From an uncultured Candidatus Saccharibacteria bacterium (GTDB taxonomy: Bacteria; Patescibacteriota; Saccharimonadia; Saccharimonadales; Saccharimonadaceae), in assembly GCA_964292495.1 (NCBI GenBank), contig CAXYVX010000001.1, positions 1 through 63,300 of the forward strand: a stretch of DNA of 63,300 nucleotides, written 5' to 3'. The position numbers were made by a program, and so were the translations under genes. The number at the start of each line of letters is the position of its first letter. Positions within the stretch are counted from its first letter, which is position 1. The notes beneath the pieces are model-generated. The model searched no databases. It was not told where the DNA came from and saw nothing but the letters and a program-made list of their open reading frames with translations. Shown here one piece after another: positions 1 through 9,760 of this stretch.

Positions 1-1
1 T

Positions 2-78
2 GGCACCATAGCTCAGCTGGTTAGAGCGTAGGACTCATAAGCCTAAGGTCCCTGGTTCAAGCCCAGGTGGTGCTACCA
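2..78 (+). tRNA. tRNA with anticodon CAU (elongator Met, or Ile2 if C34 is lysidinylated); 3' CCA encoded
   Basis: Hand-folded cloverleaf: acceptor GGCACCA/TGGTGCT (one G-U), D arm GCTC..GAGC, anticodon loop CTCATAA, T arm CCTGG-TTCAAGC-CCAGG. Confidence 0.85.
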
Positions 79-122
79 AAATTTTGTTTTCAATGAAAAT
101 CGTGTTATAATAAACATGTTGA

Positions 123-200
123 CGCGGGGTGGAGCAGTCTGGTCAGCTCGTGTGGCTCATAACCACAAGGTCGTTGGTTCAAATCCAACCCCCGCAACCA
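123..200 (+). tRNA. initiator tRNA-fMet (CAU); CCA encoded
   Basis: Starts CGCGGGG and ends CCCCGCAACCA like E. coli tRNA-fMet. Has the C1xA72 mismatch typical of bacterial initiators, anticodon loop CTCATAA, and T arm GTTGG-TTCAAAT-CCAAC. Confidence 0.9.
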
Positions 201-205
201 AAAAA

Positions 206-227
206 GCCTGAGTTTCTCGGGCTTTTT
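206..227 (+). terminator. rho-independent terminator after the tRNA pair
   Basis: Stem GCCTGAG/CTCGGGC (one G-U), 3-nt loop, followed by TTTTT. Confidence 0.7.
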
Positions 228-259
228 CTGATTTACGCGTTTATTTACGTGTTCTAAAA

Positions 260-463
260 TTAATCCAGTTCAACCGTTTCAAGCGCGGACAATTTTCGCG
301 AAATAAACGAGTCCAGCTCCTCGTGGCTTCTCTCTCTTAACCATGAAAACAGGGAAGTGCTTTCCATTTTTGCCTTTCTTTTTCTTTTTATTTTATTTCG
401 CGGCCACGAAATTATGTTTATATTGTAGCAATAATTAGCCCAAATGTCAAGTATATTTTTCAA
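260..463 (-). CDS. small hypothetical ORF (67 aa), doubtful
   Basis: ORF track only. No convincing RBS or -10 seen; lies in a 300-bp gap. Confidence 0.2.
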   Translation of the reverse strand: MKNILDIWANYCYNINIISWPRNKIKRKRKAKMESTSLFSWLRERSHEELDSFISRKLSALETVELD

Positions 464-483
464 TAAAATGTTGTAAAAAAACG

Positions 484-511
484 TTGACTTATATCATGCT
501 CGTGCTAAAAT
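484..511 (+). promoter_or_regulatory. sigma70-type promoter for the 533 gene
   Basis: TTGACT (484-489), 16-nt spacer, TGc-TAAAAT (503-511). AAGGAGGA RBS lies downstream. Confidence 0.55.
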
Positions 512-532
512 AAATGTAAGGAGGAAAACAAA

Positions 533-1222
533 ATGAATGAGATCTATGATATCTGGATACCAGCGGTTGCGGCGGCTTTAATTATGGCAAGTTTTTCCAT
601 GCCAGTTTCTCTATTGACCATGCTTGCGCACAATATTTTGGGCCACGAGAAGCATCACGTAAAACTGACGCGGTTTTCATTTTTGTATTTTTGCGGCGCG
701 CTTCTAGCGATGCTTTTATTGACATTTTTCGCAATCACAGTGGTGAATATTCCGTTTTTCGCGAATGATCACAGATTTATTTGGTCGCTTTATGCACTTT
801 TGATTATTGACGGATTGTTTGTTTTGATGTTTTATTACCGTTCAGATAGAGGTACGAGATTGTGGCTTCCAAGAAAATCTGCTGTGAATTTGACTCGTTC
901 GGTTGAGCAGGTTAACGGCGGCGGAAGTGCTTTTCTTTCGGGCGGGCTAGCCGTTTTTGCCGAGCTTCTGCTTACTGTCGTCCCGATTTTCATCGCTTCC
1001 GAAAGTTTGTCAAAACTTGGCGGCGACACGCAATATTACGCCGGGTTCGGATTTGCGTTTTTGGCGCTTTTGCCAGTGATAGCACTGATATTCGCGAATG
1101 CTGCTGGTAAGAAAATCAGCAAATTCCAGAGATTTCGCGAAAAAAACAAGATGTTTTTTCAGATTACTGCCGGGATTTTAATGCTGGCGCTTGGTCTTTA
1201 TTTATTCATGATTAACAAATAG
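533..1222 (+). CDS. polytopic integral membrane protein, family not recognised
   Basis: 229 aa with about 6 hydrophobic segments and a strong AAGGAGGA RBS 7 nt upstream. Confidence 0.75.
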   Translation: MNEIYDIWIPAVAAALIMASFSMPVSLLTMLAHNILGHEKHHVKLTRFSFLYFCGALLAMLLLTFFAITVVNIPFFANDHRFIWSLYALLIIDGLFVLMFYYRSDRGTRLWLPRKSAVNLTRSVEQVNGGGSAFLSGGLAVFAELLLTVVPIFIASESLSKLGGDTQYYAGFGFAFLALLPVIALIFANAAGKKISKFQRFREKNKMFFQITAGILMLALGLYLFMINK

Positions 1223-1237
1223 AAATGGGAGAAAAAA

Positions 1238-1504
1238 ATGGTAAAGGTTTTATTAGATAAAAAGGTTTCGGAATATGATCCGGTTCGTCATCACGCGGCG
1301 GTCGCAAAAACTGCTCGCGCGAATGGAACGCCGAGCGGCGATGCGGAAAATTTCGCAAAAAACGTGATGAATAAAATATCAGTATGGATTCGCGATAAAG
1401 AAGAGATAACTGCGGAGGAATTGAGGGCGATTACTTCCGGAATGATGGCGGAATATGACGAAGACGCCGCATATTTATACGGCAGCGAAAACCGCATGAT
1501 TTAA
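1238..1504 (+). CDS. stand-alone ATP-cone-like domain protein
   Basis: 88 aa. The pattern (V..L.K...EYDP.......A.......G.....ENFAKNV...I...I....EITAEELR......M..YDEDAAYLY) resembles the ATP-cone of NrdR/RNR. GGGAGAA RBS. Confidence 0.5.
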   Translation: MVKVLLDKKVSEYDPVRHHAAVAKTARANGTPSGDAENFAKNVMNKISVWIRDKEEITAEELRAITSGMMAEYDEDAAYLYGSENRMI

Positions 1505-1510
1505 GGAGCA

Positions 1511-2905
1511 ATGGTGGGCAAAAAAGAAAGAAAATTTGATTATGATTTGGTTGTCATCGGCAGCGGTGCTGCTGGTGCGGTCATCGCGGAATCTGTTGCT
1601 TCGTGCGGAAAAAAAGTCGCGATAATTGAGTCCGGAAGTTTTGGCGGGTATGCACCAAATTTTGGCGACATCCCATTGAGAGCCGCGCTCGAATCCGCGC
1701 ATCTTTTCGCGAAAACGAAAACTGCGGGAACGTTTGGGTTGCGAACGAATTCAGTTGGCTATGGTTTTCCGGGGGTGAAAAACTGGCGCGAATCCGCAAT
1801 TTTAAGAAGTGGCGTGAAAAAAACAGCGGAGTATTTGAGGTCTCGTGGAGTTGACGTGGTCCGCGGGCGAGCACATTTTATTTCAAAAAACGAAATAACT
1901 GTTGGCAGAAATTCAAATCGTAGGCACATTTCCTCTGATAAATTTGTTGTTGCAACTGGAATTTCGCGAAAAATACCAAAAATTTTTGACGAAATCTCGG
2001 TTTTGACCCCAGAAAATATTTTTGATCTGAATCGTCCACCAAAAACTCTTGCGGTCATTGGTTCGGGCGCCGAAGCGGTCGAGTTGGCGGAATTTTTCGC
2101 GATTTTAGGAACAAAGGTTTATATGATTGAGAAGAAAGCTGAGATTCTTGGCGGGTTTGACGAAGAAGTTTCAAACGAAGTTCGCGAAGATTTTTCAAAA
2201 AGCTATGAAACAGAATTTCTGGTTTCCGCTGAGATTTTCTCTGTAAAAAAGGAGGGTTCTCTTGCGAAAATAACATACGGCGCGGGTGGATCAGAAAAAT
2301 CAATCAAAGTTGAGGAGGTTTTGTTTGCGGAAAGCGGATCTCCATGCATGGATTTGGGGCTGGTTTCGGCGGGCGTTGAATTTGACGAATATGGAATTTT
2401 GACCGACGATTTTCTCTCAACGAGCGCAAAAAATATTTTCGCGGCTGGAAATGTCGTAAAAAGGAATTTTCTAAATCATGTAGACATTTCAACAACAATA
2501 TATCAAGCTTCTGTGGCTTCGCAGAACTTATTTAAAAGGAAAAAGGAATCTGCTTTTTCAAGACCGGACTATAAAACTTTGGCGATCAATCCGAAAGTCG
2601 TTTCTGTTGGGCTCAGCGAAATTACACTTCGCGAAAATGACATAAAATACAAAAAATCTGTCGTTCAAAACAACATTTCATCCCAGGCGAACATTTCCGG
2701 CGAAGCGCGAGGTTTCGTCAAGATTCTCGCAAGCCAAAAAGGCGAAATATTGGGTGCAACAATTATGGGCGCCGGCGCGCTTGAAGAAATTGGCGTTTTT
2801 TCCCTGGCAATTCGGCATGGGCTGACCGCAGAAATTTTGGCGGACGAAATACAGCCTTTCGGATCTTGGAATGAAACCGTCCAAACCGCTCTGCGCCAAC
2901 TGTGA
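1511..2905 (+). CDS. class-I pyridine nucleotide-disulfide oxidoreductase homolog (Lpd/GR/MerA fold) lacking the redox-active cysteines
   Basis: DYDLVVIGSGAAG FAD dinucleotide fold and a second Rossmann motif LAVIGSGAEAVE. The canonical GGxCxNxGCIPSK is GGYAPNFGDIPLR, and the C-terminal HxxxxE region reads QPFGSWNE. Confidence 0.8.
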   Translation: MVGKKERKFDYDLVVIGSGAAGAVIAESVASCGKKVAIIESGSFGGYAPNFGDIPLRAALESAHLFAKTKTAGTFGLRTNSVGYGFPGVKNWRESAILRSGVKKTAEYLRSRGVDVVRGRAHFISKNEITVGRNSNRRHISSDKFVVATGISRKIPKIFDEISVLTPENIFDLNRPPKTLAVIGSGAEAVELAEFFAILGTKVYMIEKKAEILGGFDEEVSNEVREDFSKSYETEFLVSAEIFSVKKEGSLAKITYGAGGSEKSIKVEEVLFAESGSPCMDLGLVSAGVEFDEYGILTDDFLSTSAKNIFAAGNVVKRNFLNHVDISTTIYQASVASQNLFKRKKESAFSRPDYKTLAINPKVVSVGLSEITLRENDIKYKKSVVQNNISSQANISGEARGFVKILASQKGEILGATIMGAGALEEIGVFSLAIRHGLTAEILADEIQPFGSWNETVQTALRQL

Positions 2906-2908
2906 TTC

Positions 2909-4573
2909 GTGTTAATATGTTTCTATATGATAAGAAATTTTTTCGCGAAACATGAAAAATCCGTCAGTGTGATCGCGGTTTTGGTTGCAGTTTTGGTCTT
3001 TTCGGCGATTTGTTTTACGCAAATTGGACGCTGGTCAATCTGGTTTGACGAGAGTTTTACTCATTTTTTAGTCAAATTTAATTTTTTGGATATTGCGAAA
3101 TGGACCGCAAGCGACGTTCATCCACCTCTGTTTTATTGGCTTCTGAAATTATGGTCTCTAATTTTCGGGTCAAGCGATGTTGCGCTCAGAGCTTTTTCAA
3201 CGCTTTGCGGCGCCGGCGCGATTGCGATGGGATTTGTTGTTTCGCGAAAACTTTTTGGGAAAAAGGCGGGATATCTCGCGCTGCCGCTTCTTGCCTTGTC
3301 TCCGATGCTTTTGCGATACGGAATTGAAATGCGGATGTACGCATTCGTGGTGTTTTTGGTTTTTTTGCAGCTATTTATTTTGATCAAAATTCGCGAAAAA
3401 AGCACTCGTTTACACTGGGTTTTATACGGTTTTTTGTTGGCGATCGGCGCGTGGACCCAATATTTCGCGGTCTTTTCTGGTGTTGCTCAGGTGATTTGGC
3501 TATATGTTTCTGCGCGGGCTGATTTGGGCGAGAAAAAGCTATTTTCGCGAAAAATATGGCGAAAGTTTATTACTGGATCTGAACAAAAAAGCCAAAAAAT
3601 CAAGGATATTATTTTCGCGAAAAACGGAAATTTATTGCAAGCAGTTCTTGTGGCATTTATCGTTTTTCTTCCGTGGATTCCGTTTGTTTTGATCCAATTT
3701 TTGACTGTTGCCACGAGCGGATTCTGGATTCCGCCGGTTAATTTCGCGACAATTCCTGACCTGATTTCGAGCATGTTTTTCTTTGAAACAGCCGCAAATT
3801 TGACGGGTTGGTTTTCGATTATTATGATCGCGGTGATTGCGTTGATTTTTGCGCAAGCAAGAAAAGCATTTCGTGCGAATCCTAAAAAAGATTTTCGCGA
3901 ATCTTTCAATCTGGTTTTATTTGGTGTGATCATTCCGCCAGCCATACTTCTTTTGATTTCGTTGCCGCCAATGAGAAGCTATTTTATCGACCGCTATGTT
4001 TTGGCGAGCGTAGCGATGGTGCCAGTTTTGATCGCTGCGATTATCAGTGTTTCGCGAAAAAATACAAAAAATGTGCTGGGAATTGCGCTGTATATTTTGG
4101 CGATCGGTTCGTCAATTTTCGGAGTTTTATCTCTGTTCCATTACGGAAATTATAATCGGTATTCGGGCGATATTTCAATGTCAAAATTCATGATGAAGCA
4201 AGTTCAGGAGAAAACCGGCGCAAATAAAATTCCAGTTGTGGCTGATTCTGCTTGGAGTTTTTTCGATGCCGACACTTACGCGACAAGTGAAAATCCAGTT
4301 TATTTTTTGGATTCGCAGGTTGATAATTATTATTACGGTAGCGAAAAAATGTTGGCTGGAAGCCAGGAAGAAATCGTTGACCTTAAAGAATTTTTCGCGA
4401 AAAATAATAGCGAGAGTTTTTGGTATGTTTCTTCAACGGGATCCGCGGAAAATTTGCCCGGAGAACTTTCGGATTTCAGAGGTAAAATCACGAAAATTGA
4501 TGAAATAAATGTGAATACGCCGAACGGCTGGAAAGGCTCAAGCCAGGCTGTTTTATATAAAATACAACATTAA
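2909..4573 (+). CDS. GT39/ArnT-PMT-like membrane glycosyltransferase
   Basis: 554 aa, polytopic. The N-terminal WFDESFT...DVHPPLFYWLLKLW loop is typical of the ArnT/PMT_2 family. The start could be ATG 2927 rather than GTG 2909. Confidence 0.7.
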   Translation: MLICFYMIRNFFAKHEKSVSVIAVLVAVLVFSAICFTQIGRWSIWFDESFTHFLVKFNFLDIAKWTASDVHPPLFYWLLKLWSLIFGSSDVALRAFSTLCGAGAIAMGFVVSRKLFGKKAGYLALPLLALSPMLLRYGIEMRMYAFVVFLVFLQLFILIKIREKSTRLHWVLYGFLLAIGAWTQYFAVFSGVAQVIWLYVSARADLGEKKLFSRKIWRKFITGSEQKSQKIKDIIFAKNGNLLQAVLVAFIVFLPWIPFVLIQFLTVATSGFWIPPVNFATIPDLISSMFFFETAANLTGWFSIIMIAVIALIFAQARKAFRANPKKDFRESFNLVLFGVIIPPAILLLISLPPMRSYFIDRYVLASVAMVPVLIAAIISVSRKNTKNVLGIALYILAIGSSIFGVLSLFHYGNYNRYSGDISMSKFMMKQVQEKTGANKIPVVADSAWSFFDADTYATSENPVYFLDSQVDNYYYGSEKMLAGSQEEIVDLKEFFAKNNSESFWYVSSTGSAENLPGELSDFRGKITKIDEINVNTPNGWKGSSQAVLYKIQH

Positions 4574-4606
4574 ATTTTGATTAAAATGGCGGTTTCTGCC
4601 GAAATT

Positions 4607-4615
4607 TGATAAAAT
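4607..4615 (+). promoter_or_regulatory. extended -10 (TGaTAAAAT) 6 nt before the ftsH ATG (leaderless)
   Basis: TGATAAAAT at 4607-4615, then AGAGAT, then ATG at 4622. No SD. Confidence 0.55.
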
Positions 4616-4621
4616 AGAGAT

Positions 4622-6502
4622 ATGAATCCAAGAGGGAAAAAACCAGCGGGCGGATCGCCTGCGAACCTGTCGCCGAAGGGGCGCTGGGTGAGAAATATCT
4701 CGTTTTATGCAGTTGTGATTTTTATTGCAGTTTTAGTATTTGCGGCGGTCAAAACTGGATCGGGTCTGAAAAATGTCCCGTTTAGCGAATTGATTGGCCA
4801 AGTTAATGACGGAAAAGTCGCGAAAATTGTTGAAAGCGGGCAGGATCTTGAAATAACTTTGAAAGACCAGAAAAACGCAACGGAATCGAGCATGATTCCG
4901 AACGGCGCGAGCGCTTCCCAGCAAGGACTTGACATTACGAAGGTTGATTATAAAGTTGTGGCCGCTGATAATACGGCTGGAATGATCTGGAATATTGCTG
5001 GAATTGTAGTGCCAACATTGGTCATTATTGGCTTGTTTGTTTGGATGATGAAAAGCGCGGGAAATCAGGGAAACCAATCAATGGCGTTTGGGAGAAGCAA
5101 GGCGAAACTTTATGGAAAAGACAAAAAACAACAAAAATTCGCGGAAATCGCTGGCAACGCAGAGGCAAAACAGGACCTTGAAGAAGTTGTTGATTTCTTG
5201 AAGCATCCGAAAAAATTCATTTCACTTGGAGCAAAAATTCCGCGAGGGGTTTTGATGGTTGGTCCTCCGGGAACCGGAAAAACCATGTTGGCGCGCGCCG
5301 TTGCAGGGGAAGCTGATGTGCCATTTTTCTCGATTTCTGGTTCAGAATTTGTGGAAATGTTCGTTGGTGTTGGTGCGAGCCGTGTTCGCGATTTGTTTGA
5401 AAAGGCGAAAAAGAACTCGCCCGCAATTATTTTCATTGATGAAATTGACGCTGTTGGACGACGCCGAGGATCCGGAATGGGTGGTGGACACGACGAGCGA
5501 GAACAGACATTGAACCAGATTTTGGTTGAAATGGACGGTTTTGACAAAGACCAAACAGTGATCGTTTTGGCGGCGACAAACCGCGTGGATGTCCTTGACC
5601 CAGCATTGCTCCGACCAGGACGTTTTGACAGACGAGTAAACATTTCTCTCCCAGAAAGAAAAGATCGCGAAGCTATTTTGAAAGTTCACGCAAAAGGGAA
5701 ACCGGTTTCAAAAGATGTTGATCTTGATGCACTTGCTGCCAAAACAGCTGGAATGGCTGGTGCCGACCTCGCGAATGTTTTGAACGAAGCTGCGATTAGG
5801 GCTGCTCGCCAAAATGAAAAGGAAATCACGAACGATGACATCACTGACGCTTTTGAAAAAGTTTCAATTGGTCCGGAGCGCAAAAATAAAGCTATGAATG
5901 ATCGCGACAAAGAACTAACTGCTTTTCATGAGGGCGGCCACGCGCTCGTTGCGCAGGTTTTGCCAGACAGTGATGATGTCCATAAAGTCACAATTATTCC
6001 TCGCGGCGGCACCGGTGGCGTGACTTGGACCTTGCCTTCTGAAGATCGTCCATATACGTCAATTGTTGAGTTCAAAGATATTTTGGCTCGTGCTCTCGGT
6101 GGGCGAATCGCGGAAGAAGTTGTGTTTGGCCGAGATCACATTACAACTGGAGCTGGATCTGATTTGCGGAACGCGACTTCAATTGCTCGCGACATGATCA
6201 TTGAACAGGGAATGGGAACGAAATTACGCGACCAAGTTTTCCATGAAGATGAGGGCGGATTGATGATGGATCGCATTGCTCGCGAAAAACCATATAGCGA
6301 AAAAACCGCAGAAGAAATTGACAAAGAAGTGAATGAGTTGATTGAAGAAGCGGCGAATCGTGCAAGGACCGTGATCACTCAAAATCGAAAAATGTTGGAT
6401 AAAATCAAAGATGAACTTCTTGAAAAAGAAACATTGGACGCAGGCCAAGTGAAAGAAATTTTCACTGGAGCGGTCCTGCCTGATTCGGCAAAACTATATT
6501 AA
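4622..6502 (+). CDS. ftsH: ATP-dependent zinc metalloprotease FtsH
   Basis: Walker A GPPGTGKT, Walker [13 protein letters not shown] region, and zinc motif HEGGHA. Confidence 0.97.
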   Translation: MNPRGKKPAGGSPANLSPKGRWVRNISFYAVVIFIAVLVFAAVKTGSGLKNVPFSELIGQVNDGKVAKIVESGQDLEITLKDQKNATESSMIPNGASASQQGLDITKVDYKVVAADNTAGMIWNIAGIVVPTLVIIGLFVWMMKSAGNQGNQSMAFGRSKAKLYGKDKKQQKFAEIAGNAEAKQDLEEVVDFLKHPKKFISLGAKIPRGVLMVGPPGTGKTMLARAVAGEADVPFFSISGSEFVEMFVGVGASRVRDLFEKAKKNSPAIIFIDEIDAVGRRRGSGMGGGHDEREQTLNQILVEMDGFDKDQTVIVLAATNRVDVLDPALLRPGRFDRRVNISLPERKDREAILKVHAKGKPVSKDVDLDALAAKTAGMAGADLANVLNEAAIRAARQNEKEITNDDITDAFEKVSIGPERKNKAMNDRDKELTAFHEGGHALVAQVLPDSDDVHKVTIIPRGGTGGVTWTLPSEDRPYTSIVEFKDILARALGGRIAEEVVFGRDHITTGAGSDLRNATSIARDMIIEQGMGTKLRDQVFHEDEGGLMMDRIAREKPYSEKTAEEIDKEVNELIEEAANRARTVITQNRKMLDKIKDELLEKETLDAGQVKEIFTGAVLPDSAKLY

Positions 6503-6520
6503 ATTTTGTTGGAACATAAA

Positions 6521-6557
6521 AAACCTGCTCGGAGAAATCTGAGTAGGTTTACTTTTT
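6521..6557 (+). terminator. rho-independent terminator of ftsH
   Basis: 10-bp stem AAACCTGCTC/GAGTAGGTTT (one G-U), 10-nt loop, then ACTTTTT. Confidence 0.7.
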
Positions 6558-6647
6558 ATCGAGCATATTCTTAAATGGACGTGATAAAAGGGATTTTAAT
6601 AAAATTGGGGGAGATGATATGAGCAATCTAACAAAACAAGTCATTAA

Positions 6648-8055
6648 CGTTCACGTTCTGGGGTGGGTCAAGCACCGCCGAGCGTGCCAAACGCGCCAAA
6701 CACTGGCTTCATTGGCGGACTTGCTGATTTCGCTCAAACAAATTTCTTAACCATCATCTTACTTACACTTGGTATCACCGCAATCATCCTAGCAATCATT
6801 TTCTTCATCAAACACAAGAAGAAGGGCAGCGGCAATAAACTCTCACCAAGCTTCAAAACATCAAAGTTTTCCTTCAAAAACAAGCTCAGCGACAGAATCT
6901 CCAAACCGAAAACTAAATTCGCCGCCATATTCTCATCTTTCACAACCGCAATTTTTGCGGCTATTTTCATTCCTACATTTTTAGCGAATGCAGCCACTCT
7001 GCCACACACGGACATTACCTCAAGTGGCTCAAACGTGAATATCACACTTGTCAAAGGTGAATCTGGCACAAAAACCACTGTCGCGAAAAGCCCAGTAAAT
7101 ATTACTAGCAACATCAACACTGAACTAACTGCAAAGCTGAGTTTAGACACCACTGAAACCAGCCCAGAAATCATCGCGAACTTCACCGCATACACTGGAA
7201 GCGTCTCAGCACCAGCGCAACAAACTGCCAACACGCTCGGTTTCGCGATTCCTAACACAGAACAGTACTTAGTTGCCAACGAATTCGCCCCAGGCTATTC
7301 TCAAACTGAAAACAGCACCACCATCCCAAGCGAAACCTTCGCTGGAATTGATGTAAATGGCGCCCAAACACCTTTCAAAATCATCCCAGTGGACACCATC
7401 ACTAATGGCACATATTTAAACATCGCCACAGATTTGTTCTTCGCAATTACCGCCGATGACAGCTTGCCGGTAGGCGACTACAAGGCGGTTGTGAACATTA
7501 AAGCCGCTGACACCTCACAAGCAACTGTAAAAGTAAACTATAACACCACCAGCTCAACCAACCAAGATGTAATCGCGACATTAACTTCCAGCGAGCCACT
7601 TCAAACACCAGCTGGCTGGACAGAGGTTTCTGGTAGTGATGGCACTCAGTTTACAAAAGCATTCAGCGACAATATCACTGAAAACATCACGGTCAAAGAT
7701 CTAGCAGGCAATGAAACAGATGTTCAAATAGACATCACAAATATTGACAAAACTCCGCCAGTCATCACTATAAATGGCGCGATATCACTAAACCATGAAG
7801 CCAAAACATCTCACACTGACCTGGGCGCAGATGCTATAGATGCGGTAGATCGAGCAGTTTCTGTCAGTACATCTGGCGCAGTCAACGACCAAGTCAAAGG
7901 TCAATACACCATCACTTACACCGCCACCGACGCAGCTGGCAACCAAGCCACCGCCACCCGAACAGTAAATGTGGTAGACACAACCGCGCCAGTTCTCACA
8001 GTTTCACCATCCAGACTTGACATTGTTCAGGGCACGACAATCGCGGATTTGAATG
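6648..8055 (+). pseudogene. chimeric, 3'-truncated surface-protein ORF: orphan PNTG sorting signal + signal peptide + Ig-like (DUF5011-type) domains
   Basis: The frame opens at 6648. It reads APNTGF + TM + KHKKK (a C-terminal sorting signal), then a full signal peptide (..FIPTFLANA/AT), a T/S-rich region, and a DUF5011-like repeat (GQYTITYTATDAAGNQATATRTVNVVD). Composition switches at about 8055, and the last ~40 codons of track ORF 6663-8174 are island DNA. Confidence 0.55.
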
Positions 8056-8678
8056 CTTATATCGTATTCTTCCGCAAAATCAAAAGGCAGGCCATCGTAT
8101 TCTTTATTGTCTCGATTTCCTATAACGTCAAGAAGAGCTTGGAAAAGGAGCTTTTTGGAATTACTAATAGCTAGTAAAATATTAATGTCAGAATCCTTGG
8201 ATTTAAGTTCATCTTTTAATCTTCTATCTCCCTTGATACATTTATGTACTAAGGATTGAAATTTTTTAGAATCAATTTGAGTATAAATGCGAATGAAAAG
8301 AGGGTTAGTGATGCCCTTTAAAACCTTATCCTGATTTTTTTGCTATTTTTAATGCTTCTTCCTTGTAATCCTTGTTGATTTCTGGAAATTTTACTAATGA
8401 ATCTTCCTGCATAGCCTATTTTACTTGGATTATATACGTCTGTAGCCCCATTTGCTATCGCTTTTTGTGATTCTTCGGGGCTGTAGCTATATGCTCCATC
8501 TGCAAGAATAAAACTAAATAGCACCGCGGCTATTTTTTGACCCCCATCAAGCGGATCATTACTTATCAGTAACCTTACATGATTTATCGAAACTCTGTTT
8601 CCATGCGAGAGTAGCTGAGTATTTTATTATTTCAAAGTAGCTTCTAAAATTCCATCTAATTTCTTTGTTTTTATCCAT
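8056..8678 (-). pseudogene. decayed gene in three frame-disrupted pieces at the left island edge
   Basis: GAGG RBS + ATG at 8678 gives 39 aa then a stop. The frame then continues as ..DPLDGGQKIAAVLFSF..RIRF* (track ORF 8318-8524), shifts again to KGITNPLFIRIY..LPFDFAEEYDISI, and runs into the junction at about 8055. Confidence 0.5.
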
Positions 8679-8852
8679 GATCTCTACCTCTATTGCCTAC
8701 TATTATACCAAAGCTAGACAATGATTTCCATTGACTTTTTTGCAAAGTATGGTAATGTATAAGAGGTAGATTTAGCGTTTATTGCGTTTACTCCACAAGC
8801 CCTTGCTTGCGGAGACGTAAGCAAAATCTATGGCACAGAAAAGGCTATAACT

Positions 8853-9239
8853 ATGGGATTTTATCCGGTAAAAGGTATGGTTTTTAACACACAAGATATG
8901 TTCAAAATGCACGTTTTTGATCTCAATATGGAATTAAAAGAACACGCTGCACAAGATCTGATGAACGAAGCGTTTACTTTGAACGACGTATTTGCGGTAC
9001 GTTTCGCGATGGGGAACTCTACCAGCGACATCATTTTCTTTATGGGGGTTGATGCAGATGCAACTTTAATTGCGATTGATTGGTTTGCTCGAATATTGGA
9101 GAGAGATTCTGAATTAACAGAAGAAGATTACGCATTTTATAATCGAATTCTCAAATATATGAAAGCATTCCCGAAGGATGACAGCGAATTGTATGACTCC
9201 TTCGATGAGCGACGAGCTAAAGGACACGTCTACATTTGA
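8853..9239 (+). CDS. hypothetical acidic cytoplasmic protein (128 aa)
   Basis: Clean ORF with a TTGACT-N16-TAATGT promoter-like element at 8731-8758 and a terminator downstream. No recognised motifs. Confidence 0.6.
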   Translation: MGFYPVKGMVFNTQDMFKMHVFDLNMELKEHAAQDLMNEAFTLNDVFAVRFAMGNSTSDIIFFMGVDADATLIAIDWFARILERDSELTEEDYAFYNRILKYMKAFPKDDSELYDSFDERRAKGHVYI

Positions 9240-9267
9240 CGAGAATTGAACGTATCTAATTTCACAC

Positions 9268-9296
9268 ACTTCCGCCTAAAAAGCGGAAGTTTTTTC
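9268..9296 (+). terminator. rho-independent terminator
   Basis: Stem ACTTCCGC/GCGGAAGT, 7-nt loop, TTTTTT. Confidence 0.8.
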
Positions 9297-9427
9297 TTTG
9301 CTCAAAAAATTCATAAACTTCATCTTATTTTTCATGAACTTCACGTGAATGAATGAATTAAGATAAGAGTGTAGAGTTAATCAGGCCTGATGATTTTACA
9401 AAATACTTTATAAGGACGGTATTGCAG

Positions 9428-9610
9428 ATGACCAACAAAAAAGAAATCTCAAAAAATGAGCAAGACAGCACTCAAACACATAAAAAAGAAGCAAAAAAAC
9501 AAAAAGAGGTTAAAATCCTTGACTCTCCAGAGTTTGAGGAAACCTATAAATCTAAGTTTGTGGAGCGTATCATTAGTATTGATGAACTAAGAGAGAAGCT
9601 TGGTAAATAA
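9428..9610 (+). CDS. small K/E-rich hypothetical protein (60 aa)
   Basis: ATG at 9428 (the track starts at TTG 9422). Highly charged, predicted helical. Confidence 0.45.
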   Translation: MTNKKEISKNEQDSTQTHKKEAKKQKEVKILDSPEFEETYKSKFVERIISIDELREKLGK

Positions 9611-9760
9611 TTGAGCTCAGAACAGAGAAAGGCGATTGAAATGAAGATTAGAGCACCTGTGAGCTTGCTCGCTTTATCACGGCAATGTTTTTATGAAGAA
9701 TTAAACCAATTTTGCAGCTTGTATGAACTTTAAGAATCCAATGAAACGGAGAGAACAGAA

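Noticed and set aside
5110-5643. Long antisense ORFs inside ftsH. Similar cases occur inside dnaK (46757-47395, 47236-47775), pnp (37451-38155), the ABC genes (20379-20774, 23502-23915) and the MFS gene (33190-33723).
   Set aside because: All of them overlap confidently identified conserved genes on the other strand and have no start signals.
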